Shown: positions 12,883-24,659, counted from the stretch's first letter. The stretch is DNA of 64,000 nt from Felis catus (GCF_018350175.1 NC_058368.1:191582001-191646000); one strand, 5' to 3'. Program-made: numbers and translations. The notes: a model not told the origin generated them from the sequence alone.

Positions 12883-13415
12883 CTGAGAAGCAGGGCTTCC
12901 AAGGTACCCAATCCATCAGCAACAGAAAAAATTCACTTGCGCCCTCCTCCTATGGCTATCTTTCCTGCTCCCAATCACACACATACACACTTCCTTAATA
13001 TTCCAGCACTCACTACTCTTTAATGAAGCGCGCTTAGCCTCCCCTAGGGGCCCGGGCTGCCCGTGATCTCCGAGCGCGCCCAGGCGGCAGCGGATCTCCA
13101 AGCGCTTAGCTGGGTGTCTGCTTAATGCGCGGGCGGCAGAAAAGCCCCAAACGGCACATTGAGGGGGAACAGTCCGTGGCCTGCTCTAGGGAGCCCCCTT
13201 GCACCTAGGGAACCGGAAGGGGTCTCCTTCCTCGGTTCAGAAATGAAGGCATTCGGGGAAACCCCGAAGGCAATCGGATTGGGGGAAACAATGTTGCGTT
13301 TCGCAGCCAAATCCCAGGATAGGTGCAAAGAGGCTCAACTTTCTGGTGTCTCCCTGCCTTCCCTGCAAGCAACTAGCCGGGGGGAAAGGTTCGCCGCCAC
13401 GAACGGGCTACTCAC

Positions 13416-14200
13416 CCCTGGGTATGAACGCTGCCCCCGCAGGGGACCCCAGCAGACTGACGCGCGTGGAATCCGTGGAACGCCTGGGTGTCTCGCTCGT
13501 CTCCCGGGCCACGCGGCGAAGGCTACGCGCTCCAAGCGGGGCAGCCGAGGGCAGTCGATCCCATGGGTGGCGAGTTGGCAGAGGGCGCGCCGCCCGGCTG
13601 GGGGCGCATCGCTCCCAGGGCTGGCGCAGGCTGCAGTGGGGAGAGGGGCTCCCGGGGAAGTTGGCGGCGCTGAGGGTGGACTTCAGACTTCGCGCTCGCT
13701 TCGGCTCGAGCGGCCGGGCGCGTCCTCTGGGATAGACAAGGGACTCGCCGGTGGAATGGGGGCAGGCGTGGGCCGTGAGGCTGCAGGAAGCCTCCGCTGG
13801 CCGCCGCCTAGAAGGAGCACAGCGGCATCGCACCGCCTGGAACCCCCAGCAGCGGCTGGAGCACAGAGCGAGCGAGAGAGGCGGGCTGCCTCCTCCCGGT
13901 TGCGGGCGCCCCTAGCTCAGAGCCCGGCTCGCCCCAGCCCGCCGCGCCCCTCCTCCTGCCCGAGTCCTCCTCCCCTCCGCTGTTTCACCAGCTCGCAGGG
14001 CTCGCGGGGCTGGGCTTGGGCCAGAGGCTGAGCGGAAGGCGACCGCAGAGCCCGCAGCATGGAGGGCGATCTCGCCGGCTAGGGCTCGGGCTCGGGCTTG
14101 GGCTCCGGCAGCGGCAGCAGCGGCCGCCGCCTCCCGCGCGCCCACGTGCCGGAGCCCCGGTGTGCGCGCTCCGGCCGGCCGGGCTGGAGGGAGGGAGCTG
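13416..14200 (-). other. Probable non-coding first exon (5' UTR) of an unidentified gene or lncRNA; 5' boundary is a guess
   Basis: Near-consensus donor CAGGG|GTGAGT (intron starts at 13415) inside the CpG island; upstream GC-rich UTR-like sequence. Confidence 0.5.
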
Positions 14201-16089
14201 GGGCGAGCGGCGGGTGGGGGTGGCGGGGAGAGCCTGCACACCCGCGCAGCGGAGGGGAAGCCGCCGAGAGGCTCCCTGGGGCGCAGGGCTTCTGGTCTGC
14301 AGCTCCGGGAAGACTGGTGTGCAAGGTTCCCCCAGCTCCCCCCTCCGTTTGCAGAACGGAGGGAGCCTGAGCTAAACCCGGGGCGGGGTGGGGGGGGCGC
14401 TCCACTCCGCAGGATCAGCCGGGAGCCGGGGCCGGAGGCGGCTACGTGTCTCCACCAAAGGGACGGGTTCCAAGTATCCTTGAACCCCCTCACCTCTCCG
14501 GGGAGAAGAATAGGGTTCGGAAACACCGAGTGAGGGAATATGAGGGTTCCCAGAGAGAGCTTGTTCCGGCTGGCCCCGCCTTCCTCCCAGAGTGAGCACT
14601 TTTCCCGTTAACCAACAGACTCCAAGGGGCTCCTCCTTCCCGGGAGAAAGGAGTTGTCTTGCAAGATGGGCCTGACAACCTCCAATCAAGTGACAAATAA
14701 TTACTGAGCACTCACTTTGAGTGATGCCCGGGCAGTGTCCTGAATCTTCGGGCCCTCCCCGGTTTCAAGTTGTGTTCTCTGTTCTGCGAGCCCTTTAGCA
14801 GGCCCTCCCTGGGCCTCCTGGCTCCAACCAGAAAATGAGGCTCCTTCCTCATTGGAGTAAGAAAGACAAAACAAATACCTGTGAGAAATTTTAAATTAGA
14901 AGACACTTCAAAAGATGTGTAATAAATAATTTGATATTAACAAGAAACGTGATTATTTTTTTATAAAGTTACAAAATAGATCTCTAGGGAAACAAAAACT
15001 AGCAAAATCCACTTATTATTGGGCACATGTGCAGTTACTTAGAGATCTTTGTCTCCAATCTTGTCATTATTTAAGCGGAAACATTGAAGCCCAGAAAAGA
15101 CAAATGGCTTGTCCAAGGTCACACATAATCCAATTGGTTAGTCTGGTCTTCTACTGGCAAACCAGTGCTTTCTCTGCCACACACCAGGACACAGATTATA
15201 CTCAGCAGTATTGTGAGGAGACATCAGCAAAAAGGGGGAGACGTTTGTTTCCTCTGGGTTTCCAAAAAAAAAAAAAAAAAAAGGCCTCGTAAAAGTGTTG
15301 GGATTTAAGCTAAACCCTAAACAGTAGGCAGGATTCAGATATCTGGAAAAGCCAGACCATGCAAGGGGAGGGAGAGAGGTCACAATGAAAGATGAAGTTG
15401 AAGGACATGTTACAAGAGCAGCAAACAAGTTTGGCAGGAGCAGAGAGCTTGCCTGGGTGATGGGAGCCACTGAAGGGTTTTAAGCAGTAAAAGAAAATGA
15501 GAGCTTCATTTTATGATAATCTCTATGTCCTGTACAGAATGGATAAAAAGGGGGGGGGGGAGATGAGGGAGGAGGAAGGAGATGGAGTGGGGGGGGGCAG
15601 GTGGGAAGGGAAGGAATTGCAGGCAGAGAGAACCATTAGGAGGTCAAGGCAGCTATCCAGATGCAAGTGGTAGAAGCCTGATGAAATGTGGTGGCAGGTA
15701 AAGCTGAAATCAATGAAACTTCCTAACTCTGTTCTTTTAAGCCTCCTTTATAGGAAGTACTCTGCTGTTAATTGCAGGGGACACTGTATGGAAAGGGGCA
15801 TGTGTTTGAGATACAATGGAAACCTGGGCGCCAACCCTCAGAGACTGAAGTGGAGCTTTTCACAGTAACTGATCTGAAGCTTATCTGGTCCCTTGGTTTT
15901 AACATTCAACACTGGGGAGCTGGCCAGCAACAGCCTTTAGAGAAGAATGGGCTAAGTTAGGATTTCTATCAATCAACCAAAACAGAAAACCAGAAAGGGA
16001 AGGGGAAATCGTGTTTTCTTTTATTCCTTGGAGGCTCTTGAAGTCACAAATGAATGACTTCAAGGGCCTCCTCGGGTTCTTCCAGTGGA

Positions 16090-16230
16090 AATAGTTTCTC
16101 TGTGTAGCAACCCACGATGTGGACCAGCACCAACAGCATCTCAGGCTTACCAGGCACAGAATCGGAGGTCCCACCCTCTGATTCCCAATCAATCAGAATC
16201 TTTGTCTTAAGATTCCTAGCTGATACATTA
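16090..16230. mobile_element. MER5A-like MITE
   Basis: GGACCAGCAC..CAGCATC..CAGAATCGGAGG..CCCACCC..AATCAGAATCT. Confidence 0.6.
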
Positions 16231-16279
16231 AGATTCCTTTCTCTATCTAGATTCCTTTATCTCTGTCTTTCTCTAAGCT

Positions 16280-16535
16280 AGTGTTCTTCAAACTTTTGAG
16301 TGTGATGCATGTTTTTTCAAAAGCCATATATTACACCACAGCGACACACACACACACACACACTTACTTATAATTTAAATAAATGTTTCATAAAACAACA
16401 CCTATCTTTAACGTGCAGTTGACTTCAATATTTTCTATTCAATTTATTTCATTAAAAAAAAAATGCTGGCCATGCCCTACTAATAGATTCCATGACCTGA
16501 TAAAGAGCTGTAACTTGGGGCTTGAGAAATATTGA
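16280..16535. mobile_element. hAT-Charlie MITE (MER112-like), opposite orientation to the 4.6 kb copy
   Basis: Reverse-complement similarity to 4583-4935 (TTTCATAAAACAA.., ATATTTTCTATTC, AAAAATGCTGGCCATG). Confidence 0.6.
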
Positions 16536-16699
16536 GCCATGCTATCAATTATTTTATCTTGGGTTTTGTTTGCATGTGTGTGTATCTTATCTCCTCCATT
16601 AGACAGTGAATTCCATGAGGCAAGGTTCAGATTTTTTATCATTGAACTATAGATCAGAGTTAACGGAGGGTTCTGTATGAGGTAGCAACTCAATAACTA

Positions 16700-17290
16700 T
16701 TCAATGAGTGAATCCATTAATGCATAAACCGATGGAAGCCAGGGACTGGGGGCAAGCCGAGGGAAGAAGAGAACAAAGCTTGGAGTGTAGAAGAACCTAA
16801 GCCAGGAAAATATTTACCCAAAACTCCAGTTCCCTGAAGCAATATCAATGGACTATGAGCACAGAAGGTCATTTCTAAAACAGTCATGCATTCCAAATGC
16901 TCCACTGTTGGCCAGAATCTTCTTTGCCAATGGTGTTCACCTTTGTTGCTTCACGAAATTCGAAACGTTGGGGACTTGAGTAGGAGGGAAAGAAGCTGAG
17001 TAGCGAACACAGAATCTTAGAAAAGGAAAAGAAATGGGGAAATGAGGAAGACATATCCGTACAAACCTGACATGAAAAGAGGGAAGCTTCACATGGTCTT
17101 GTCGTCCTGGGACCAGGGTCTCTGACAAAGAGAAGAAAATAACTGGGAGTGGATTTTGTTCGAATACACAGAGATGCTTGGCAACGATATCTTTCCAAAA
17201 CGAAATAGATTCTTTTGGAGGCAATGATTTCCCTGCCACAGGAATGAGACCACAGAGAATGAAGAAGTGCTTACTCTTCTTAGACGGAGT
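16700..17290 (+). mobile_element. Possible L3/CR1 LINE 3' fragment
   Basis: Purine-rich; terminal GGCAATGATTTCCCTGCCACAGGAA resembles the CR1 3' region. Confidence 0.35.
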
Positions 17291-17421
17291 GGAGAGTATT
17301 ATGATTTATTTCATATAAATAAAATCATAACCTAAAATGTGCACAGTAGAGTTACAGTATCTCGTGGTATAGACATCTCAAGTGTCCACCAGTTCAACCC
17401 CCTATTTTAAAGGAATCTGTA

Positions 17422-17622
17422 TGGGGCTCCTGGGTGGCTCAGTCAGTTCACTTCTGACTTTGGCTTAGGTCATAATCTCACAGTCTGTGAGTTTGAGCCC
17501 CACATTGGGCTCTGTGCTGACAGCCTGGAGCCTGCTTCGGCTTCTGTGTCTCCCTCTCTCTGCCCCTCCCCTGCTCATGCTCTGTCTCTGTCTCAAAAAT
17601 AAATTAAAAAACATTAAAAAAA
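17422..17622 (+). mobile_element. CanSINE
   Basis: Head/CT/A tail; TSD TTTTAAAGGAATCTGT. Confidence 0.95.
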
Positions 17623-17819
17623 ATTTTAAAGGAATCTGTGGAAGTTATCACAGAGTTCCTTATCATGAGATATCTAAGAAAGCTATAGCTGAAGTAGTTC
17701 GTCTCGGACTTTCAAACACAGGCAGATATATTTTACACAGGAATGCCACAGATGACACGGGAGGAATCTCTAATTCAAGGTGAAGATGATCAGTGAGTTA
17801 CCTGAAAAGTCTGGAGTGG

Positions 17820-18075
17820 ATATATTTATTGAGTATCTACTATGGACTAGGCACTGGAGCTGCTATTTCTCATGCTTAAATTTCATAAAATCCCCCTTTT
17901 ACAAACATCCATGAAGTAGGAGGTTTTAATCTCCATTTTGCAAGTGAGGAAAGGCAGGATCCTTCTGCAGGATCATCCAGAAGGGTAAATAATTTGCCTA
18001 AGATTTTAAGGTTACAAAGTTCCAGATCAGGTTTTGAACAAAAGCCTGTGTTACTCCCAAATCCGTTCTCCCTCT
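17820..18075 (-). mobile_element. MIR
   Basis: TTTATTGAGTATCTACTATG..CTCCATTTTGCAAGTGAGGAAA..AATTTGCCTAAG. Confidence 0.7.
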
Positions 18076-18572
18076 TTTCTTGCGCTTTGCAGCCCCGCCA
18101 CGGAAGATTTCCAGCAAAAACTGGCTGGAAGATGGAAGGACAGAGTTCTGATTGGGGCAAAGGATTGAATGGCTGACTTGAAAAGGGGCCCCTTGTGCTG
18201 AGATTCTGGGATGCTCTGAAGGGTTGTTCACACCAAGGTGGAAATACTATTAAGTACTTTGAGTACCCCCCGCTGTGCAGAATCCACAAACTGACTCAGT
18301 GGTGGTCCATTACACTTGAAAGTTAATGCTGCTGTTGAAAGCTGCTTTGGCTGAAGCTCAAAAGGAAGTTTGTGCATCAGGGGAATTTCACTCCCAGTGT
18401 AAATTAGCGCTCTTCTGTTGTTTGGAGTCAGACACCAACCTAAGCTAGTTTGAGGCGTGGGGCAGGAAACTGATTTTAAAGAATCGAGGGACTCAAGAAA
18501 TCCATGGAAAGTAATGAAGCAAGACCTCTGGAAGGGACTGGAAAGTGGGAATAGAATCCTGCTAGAACGCAT

Positions 18573-18603
<31 letters not shown>

Positions 18604-18908
18604 TTCATCTCATTGTCTTGTTCTGCTTCTACTTTCTTCCCTTCCTGCAAAAGACCTGACTGCTTCTCTGCTCCTGTACAAGATAATATCCATCCCATGC
18701 ATTTCTTGACTTGTCACTGGGTCTCCCTCAGGAGAGGGTATCTCACTGGTCAAATGTTCACCTGTGGTCCATCAGACAGAACCAGGAGGATGTACTCATA
18801 ACAGTAACAAAGCTGCTAGGAGCTTAGCCCTGTGATTCAGATATGAAGTGGAGAAGGTAGGTTAGAATAAATCCCAGACAGAATGCAGAAATGTGGCTAT
18901 GACACTCC

Positions 18909-19117
18909 TTTTTTTAAAATTTTTTTTAAATGTTTATTTATTTTTGAGAAAGAGAGAGAGTGGGGAGGAGCAAAGAGAGAGGGGTGAGAGGGAATTCAAA
19001 GCAGGATCTGTGCTGACAGTAGAGAGCCCATTGCAGGGCTTGATCACATGACTCGAGATCATGACCTGAGCTGAAGTCAAATGCTTAGCTTAACCCACCG
19101 AGCCACCCAGGCGCCCC
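18909..19117 (-). mobile_element. CanSINE
   Basis: Poly-T, GA tract, ends GAGCCACCCAGGCGCCCC. Confidence 0.95.
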
Positions 19118-19394
19118 AGACTACTACACTTAACATGAACAATCAAGTGCTTTAGAAATGGTGTGAGGGATCTCAGTATGCACACACTAGATTGTATGTA
19201 GGAGATCACTAGGGGGACATGAGGACTAGTGATGTTACCACTGATTTAAGCCCAAAATGCAATGGAAACTATTTTAAAGATCCTTGCCACCCATGATCCT
19301 GTACAGATGAGCCAAAATTAATGGGAACCAATGACTGTCCCAGGCACATTGATCTGGATATTAATGTTTCAGTTCATTTGGATTCATTTTAGTT

Positions 19395-19600
19395 TACTGG
19401 GAAGTACACTGAGTCAGGAATCAGAGAACCCTGATTCAAACCCAGGCTCTGCGCCTACCTGTTAGACAAGTTACCTCCCTGGGGGTTAACAAGCATGCCC
19501 TGCCTACCTCAGAAAGCTCTTCAAGAAGCAAATGAGATAATATCTGTGAAGCTAACACTATGTAAAATCTCAAGCTCTGAGAAAATGTAAGAGATTATTA
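19395..19600 (+). mobile_element. MIR
   Basis: GGAATCAGAGAACCCTGATTCAAACCCAGGCTCTGC..AAATGAGATAATATCTGTGAAG. Confidence 0.65.
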
Positions 19601-20200
19601 GTAATACAAGAAATAACAGGAAGCCAATGAGTTGTAACACTTAGGTTACCTTTGCAAATATCTATTCCACCATGCTCTTTGGAGTAGAAAAAAAATCATG
19701 CTGCAAGAAATGTAATGAATGTGAAGTGTGTTTATTCTATTTTTATGAGCCATGGTTGGGTGAAAAAGATCAGTGTAGCTCAAAAGTGAGGGATTGAAAG
19801 TGTACAGTTTTTAAGAAATAACTTGAGCCTTCAGTAGCAGTAGTAGGAATAGTTACAGCAGCAATACAGCAATGACCATGATAATCATATGGTTGCCATG
19901 TTCTAGGCCTTGTGCTAAATGCTTTCCACACATTTTCTCATTAAATTCATATAACCTTCTTAGCTGAGTTCCATTTTTGTCTCTGGTTTAGAAACAGAAA
20001 ACTGAAGCAGAGCAAGTTAATAGTTACCCACAGTCTCAGAAGTGCTAAGTCGGAGAGTCCAGATTAAAATTTGATTTACTTCATTCCAAAGTTAAAGTAA
20101 GTAACTACTACACTATACTGCATTTTATATCCTCAGGAAGAAATGTGAGATAAATGTAAAGTTTTGGTGGTGCAAAACGTATTATAAAAAGGGAAGCCTC

Positions 20201-20323
20201 AGGGCAGCTGGGTGGCTCAGTTGGTTGAATATCTGACTCTTGATTTCGGCTCAGGTCATGATTCCAGGGTTGTGGGATCAAGCCCCTTGTTGGGCTCCAT
20301 GCTGAGCATGCAGCCTGCTTAAG

Positions 20324-20359
<36 letters not shown>

Positions 20360-20430
20360 CCTTCCTCCCTCCCTCCCTCCCCATCCCTCTCTCCCACTCG
20401 CATCCTCTCTTTAAAATAAAAAAAAAAAAG
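20201..20430 (+). mobile_element. CanSINE
   Basis: Head/CT/A tail; TSD AAAAG(G)GAAGCCTC. Confidence 0.93.
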
Positions 20431-20564
20431 GAAGCCTCTAACAATCAAAACTATCCAGTCATAAATCCACATACATTTTTGATGTGTATATTTTTCTGAT
20501 GAATATATGGTCACTAAACAAAATTTAAGTACTTTGATGACAACACACCTATTAAAATAGATTT

Positions 20565-20753
20565 TTGTTTTTTATTTGTTTGTTTTTAGAGAGAGAGAGT
20601 GAACATGAGCAGGGGAGAGGGGCAAGGAGAGAAAAATAGAGAACCCCAAGCAGACTCCACTCTGAGCACAGAGCCCAAGGCAGGGGCTCAATCCCACGAC
20701 TCTGGGGTCATGACTTGAGCCAAAATCAAGAGTCTGAGCCACCCACATGGCCC
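20565..20753 (-). mobile_element. CanSINE (older subfamily)
   Basis: Antisense SINE ending GAGCCACCCACATGGCCC; flanked by TAAAAyrGATTT. Confidence 0.88.
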
Positions 20754-20765
20754 TAAAACGGATTT

Positions 20766-20983
20766 ATTTTATTTTATTACATTTTACTTATTTTTGAGAG
20801 ACAGAGAGAGATAGAGCATGAGTGGGGGAGAGGCAGAGAGAGAAGGAGACACAGAATCCGAAGCAGACTCCAGGCTCTGAAAAGTCAGCACAGAGCCTGA
20901 TGCAGGGCTCGAACCTATGAGCTGTGAGATCATGACCTGAGCTGAAGTCGGACACTCAACCGACTGAGCCACCCAGGCACTCC
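20766..20983 (-). mobile_element. CanSINE
   Basis: Antisense SINE ending GAGCCACCCAGGCACTCC; TSD CTAAAA(C/T)GGATTT. Confidence 0.95.
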
Positions 20984-21097
20984 TAAAATGGATTTTTAAA
21001 TAACAATACCAATTATTGGTGAAGATGCTAAGTGACAAGAATGTCCATTTATTGCTAATGGAAATGCAGAATGGTACAGCCACTTAGAAGATAGTCT

Positions 21098-21270
21098 GGG
21101 GGCACCTGGGTGGCTCAGTCAGTTGAGCGACGAACTGCGGCTCAGGTCATGATCTCGCGGTCTGTGAGTTTGAGCCCCGCGTCGGGCTCTGTGCTGACAG
21201 CTCAGAGCCTAGAGCCTGTTTCAGATTCTGTGTCTCCCTCTCTCTCTGCCCCTCCCCTGCTCATGCTCTG

Positions 21271-21316
<46 letters not shown>

Positions 21317-21347
21317 AAAAATAAACATTAAAAAAATGTTAAAAAAC
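21098..21347 (+). mobile_element. CanSINE with (CT)n expansion
   Basis: TSD GAAGATAGTCTGG. Confidence 0.96.
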
Positions 21348-22579
21348 GAAGATAGTCTGGCAGTTCCTTAAAAGCTAAACATAGTGTTACCATGCGACTG
21401 AGAAATTGCATTCTTAGGTATTTACCCAATTAATGTGAAGAAATGTCCACACAAAAACCTGCAGGCGTATGTTTATTACAGTTTTATTCATCGCCCCAAA
21501 CTGGAAGCAACCAAAATGTCTTTCAATAAGGAAATGGATAAACTGTAGTATATGCATATGATATATATGATACAATGGTATTCATCAATGAAAAAGAATG
21601 AGCTACCCATTTATGCAAAGGCATGGAAGAACCTTAAATGCGCATTGAGAAGTGAAAGAAGATAGCTTGAAAGGGCTACTTCCTATATGATTCCATTTGT
21701 GGGACACTCCAGAGAAGGCAAAACTAGAGAGGGGGTAAAGAGATAAGTAGTTGCCAGGGGCTTTGGTGGAAGGAGGACTGAAGAGTGAAGCACAGAGGAT
21801 TTTTCAGGGTGGCGAAACTATTGTGTAGGATATGACACTGTGCGTTTGTCAAAATCCATAGAACGTTACAGCACAAAGAGTAAACCTCAATGTATGCAAA
21901 TGTAAGGAATCATTTAGGCAATCTCAGGAAGGAATGCAGACTCTGACAAGAGACTCTTAATCACATTACAAATATATGAAACACTGTCACGGGAAGAAGT
22001 GAAGGAAGAAGTTGTTGACCTAAATAACTAAAAATGAGTGGAGTCTGTAAGACCAAAGGTAAAGGAAATGTACATATGCACTGTTTCCTGGCTGATCAGG
22101 TTGTTTCTTGTGAGGGGCACGTTAACAATTATGAAACCACCATCCATGTCTGCTGGAATTGAACAATTATGTAAAGGAATGATAGTGGGAGTCTGGTTTC
22201 TCACCCTTGGAGTGGGAGATTTCAGATAAGCAATGAGCGAAGGTTAGAACAATCCATGTGGTAATGGATTAGAGTTGGAGAGATCAGTTTGAACTCATAC
22301 AGATCAGATGGATACATACAGAAATCATTACAGATATGTGAACACATACAGATTAGTATACACACGTATATTTCCTTGTTCTGTCATCTTAGAGGGCCTA
22401 AAAGCAATGACACAGTAAAAATGAGTATACCTAGCACCCAGATCCTAGTTTCTAATACCATTTTCCATTTTAAAAAACCCACAGCATCTTAGAGAAATGG
22501 CTGATCCTACAATTAGGGTGGGAAATGTACAAAATGAGCCTGGATCATCTTGTAGTGCCAGAAAGCAAGGATGTACTCA

Positions 22580-22608
22580 ACATGCGCACATGCGCATGTG
22601 TGTGTGCG

Positions 22609-22632
<24 letters not shown>
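22580..22632. repeat. Alternating purine-pyrimidine / (CA)n microsatellite
   Basis: ACATGCGCACATGCGCATGTGTGTGTGCGCACACACA... Confidence 0.9.
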
Positions 22633-22639
<7 letters not shown>

Positions 22640-24659
22640 GGGGGAATATGTCAAATGGACAAAGGAGCCAAGACTCCTTTAGACATAGGTATATGTCTAA
22701 AATAAATATTAAGACGTCCACACTGATATAAGTAAACAACTGGCTGAATAAATAAATAAGAACAAATATCCCATATGGAAGAATTCCAAATGTTTTATGT
22801 ACATACCTCGCTCAAGGAGATGAAGCCTAACTCTTCCTCCTGTAAGTGTGGGATGGGTGTTGTCACTTCCTTCCAAGAGCGCAGTATGCAAAGTGGGATA
22901 AAAGAGGAACTTTACAATGGAGAAGGCTGAAAAACCCTGCCTCAGCCAAGTGATCAAGGTTAAGATCAGCAGTGATGTCATGTTGAGGATATGTACTTTT
23001 GATATGATATGATGAGAACAGCATTTTACATCTATAATCTTCTTCCCAAGGACCCACAACCACAGTCTAATCATGAGGAAAACAGCGAACAAATCCCATT
23101 TGAGGGATATTCTACAAAATACTGAGCAGTGCAGCTAACACTGTCAAAAATGATCAAACACAGAAAGTTTGAGTAGCTATCACAGCCAAGATGCATCTAA
23201 GGAAACATGACAACTAAATGCAATGTATACCCTAATGCAATCTTGAGACAGAAAAAGGGCATTAACTTAAAAACTAAGATGTATGAACAAAATGGCCCTT
23301 AGTTAACCATAATGTATTATTGACTCATTAATTGTGACAAGGCTACCATACTCATTTAAGATCTAATAATAGGGGGAAGTAGGTATGATGTATACAAGTA
23401 TATGGGAACTCTCTTACTAGTTTGGTAATTGTATAAATTGTATAGATTCTATAAATCTAAAACTATTGAAAAGTAAACAAGCTTTTCAAAAAATTAAACA
23501 ACAACAACAACCAAAAACAAATGTAAAGCCCCAGGAGATAGGCTACAGGAAATACATAGTATCCTTTTCTCACATAATAAAATATTTAAAGCATAAAAAA
23601 AAACCCAAAACGAAAACAAAAATGAAAACAAAACTTAACTAATTTAGACTCGTCAATGAGAAAAATATAACAGTTAATTTTCCAGACAAGCCAATTGCCC
23701 TATTCAAAATCATTAGAAGCCTCATGTTGTTGTCAAAAACAATCTTCTTTCTCATTTTTCTGCTTTCTAGACCTGTTCTGTTCATATTTGATGGCTATTT
23801 AGACATCTCAAAGATAATATTGATCTGTGTCTTAAAGTGGAATTGATTATTCAGCATGCCACTATTAAAATGTCCCTTCATTGCGTAGGCATTTGCCTCG
23901 GTGCACATTAATGTTATTTTGCCCACAGCATGTATTCGGTGGCTATTAGATTCAATCTCAATGAAGCAGATAAAATCAAACTTGATGAGGAGAGTTTGAT
24001 TTAGGTTTAGATACCAATAACAAAGTGTGCATTTAGAAGACTGTGTGCCAGTTTATATATGGGACAAAAATAGAGGGAATAAGGGAATCCTTTAAAAAGA
24101 TGACTGTTTTCTATCATCTGGTGATTCCTTAGTAGACAAAAATGTGTGGATGGTAACTGTGGCCATTTGAACGGAGTAAAACAATTAGGAGGTGATTCAA
24201 ATCCTCATTTCCATCCATTTTCCTCATCTATTCATTGGCTTTTGGAGGAGAGAACAGCAAAATGAAGATTGCCAGCCAGTTCCAAATTACTAAAAGAAAG
24301 GATTCTGTATTTCATTATTCACCCTCTATGGCAAGCCAGGCAGAACTGAACTATTCTTTTGGGCTTCCAAAGCTGTATAATTTTTTTCACCAATGCTTTC
24401 TCCATACAGTATTTTCTTTGGAAAGCATGTTTTATGTGAGTTCTTTTTGTTGTTGTTGTAGTTTTGAGTAACACAATATTACTTCAATGCAAGATATTGA
24501 CTCTCCCGGAAAATTTTTCCAGAATGAAAATTTGAGACCCAGCATACCAATAGAACCAAATATTTACTTTAGTACCCTGGAATCTCATGAGATTAAATTA
24601 TATATGTAATAAGATATGAATTTTGTGACTTTAGCAAACCTAATTAATTGTGACAAAAT

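Larger units (their letters stand above)
12300..14650. promoter_or_regulatory. CpG island / probable promoter (core ~13020-14460)
   Basis: Abrupt rise in GC and CpG density against a CpG-depleted background, no recognisable interspersed repeats, GC boxes and G-runs. Confidence 0.93.
20530..23490 (+). mobile_element. Old L1 (L1MC3-like) ORF2 end and long 3' UTR, interrupted by SINEs
   Basis: AATGGTACAGCCACTT, AAACTGGAAGCAACCAAAATGTC, GTGGAGTCTGTAAGAC, TTAGAGTTGGAGA, TATGGGAACTCTC..TAAATCTAAAACTATT. Confidence 0.85.

Noticed and set aside
13159..14031. 290-aa ORF and the many overlapping ORFs in 12.3-14.7 kb
   Set aside because: Stop-poor GC-rich island gives long frames on both strands; this ORF starts at TTG, is low-complexity R/P/G/A, and shows no recognisable domain.
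13000..14600. Assigning a gene symbol to the promoter
   Set aside because: The architecture fits many large genes with non-coding first exons and I do not recognise the sequence with confidence.
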